This document shows positions 63,421 to 64,000 of a stretch of 64,000 nt of DNA, piece after piece. The stretch spans positions 93,496,001 to 93,560,000 of the forward strand of contig NC_043004.1 in NCBI RefSeq assembly GCF_006345805.1, in the 5' to 3' direction. The translations under genes and the position numbers were made by a program. The notes under the pieces are model-generated. The model saw only the letters and a list, made by a program, of their open reading frames with translations. It did no database searches and was not told the origin of the DNA. The stretch is from Octopus sinensis (taxonomy: Eukaryota). How positions within the stretch are numbered: the stretch's first letter is position 1; each line of letters opens with the position of its first letter.

Positions 63421-63592
63421 CATATATATGACGGGCTTCTTTCATTTTCCATCTACCAAATCCACTCAAAAGGCTTTGGTCAGCCCAAGGCTATAGTAGA
63501 AGACACTTGCCCAAGGTGCCATGCAGTGGGACTGAACCCGGAATCATGTGGTTGGTAAACAAGCTACTTACCACAGTCACTCTTGCGCCTAT
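63172..63592 (-). mobile_element. SINE family A
   Basis: Full-length match. Confidence 0.9.
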
Positions 63593-64000
63593 ACTAATAA
63601 TAATAATAATAATACTAATAACAATAATAATCCTTTCTAGTATGGGCACAAGGCCTGAAATTTTGGGTGGAGGGGACTAGATGATTACACTGACCCTAGT
63701 ACTTGACTGGTACTTATTTTATCAACCCCAAAAGGACGAAAGGCAAAGTTGATCTCAGCGGAATTTAAACTCAGAATGTAAAGATGGACGAAATACCACT
63801 AAGCTTTTTGTCCAGCATGCTTATGATTCTGCCAGCTCACCCACTGAAATAATAATAATAATAATAATAATAATGGTTTCAAATTTTGACACAAGGCTAG
63901 CATTTTTCAGGAGGGATAAGTTGATTATATAGACTCAAGTGCTTGTTTGTTGTTCCTGTCTTCTGTTTCTTGTACAATTTTGAACCATATATATGTATAT

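Overview
Eukaryotic, AT-rich, microsatellite-dense DNA. The tRNA-derived SINE families and (TA)n/(TATG)n/(AAT)n density suggest an octopus or other coleoid cephalopod (inference, no database search). Almost all ORFs in the track are microsatellite or SINE artefacts. One host gene is well supported: a spliced + strand gene (coding exons about 13609/13716-14119, 17822-17921, 20880-21062) encoding an Arg/His-rich N-terminus fused to a stand-alone PIN/NYN-like domain resembling the ZNF451 C-terminal PIN domain. A 161-bp copy of its exon end and donor sits in the following intron. Bases 25.2-33.2 kb form a nest: a decayed Mag-type Ty3/Gypsy element containing a Tx1/L1-like LINE (15-bp TSD), a second LTR family and SINEs. 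Elsewhere lie Penelope-like, CR1, RTE and R4-like remnants, non-autonomous Helitrons, hAT and piggyBac-like MITEs, and a 1.15-kb tandem duplication. The most unexpected signal is at 33-51 kb: ORF-less type I hammerhead ribozyme motifs (one canonical, two near-canonical, one truncated) and long near-perfect inverted repeats, two of which carry a hammerhead in their loop.
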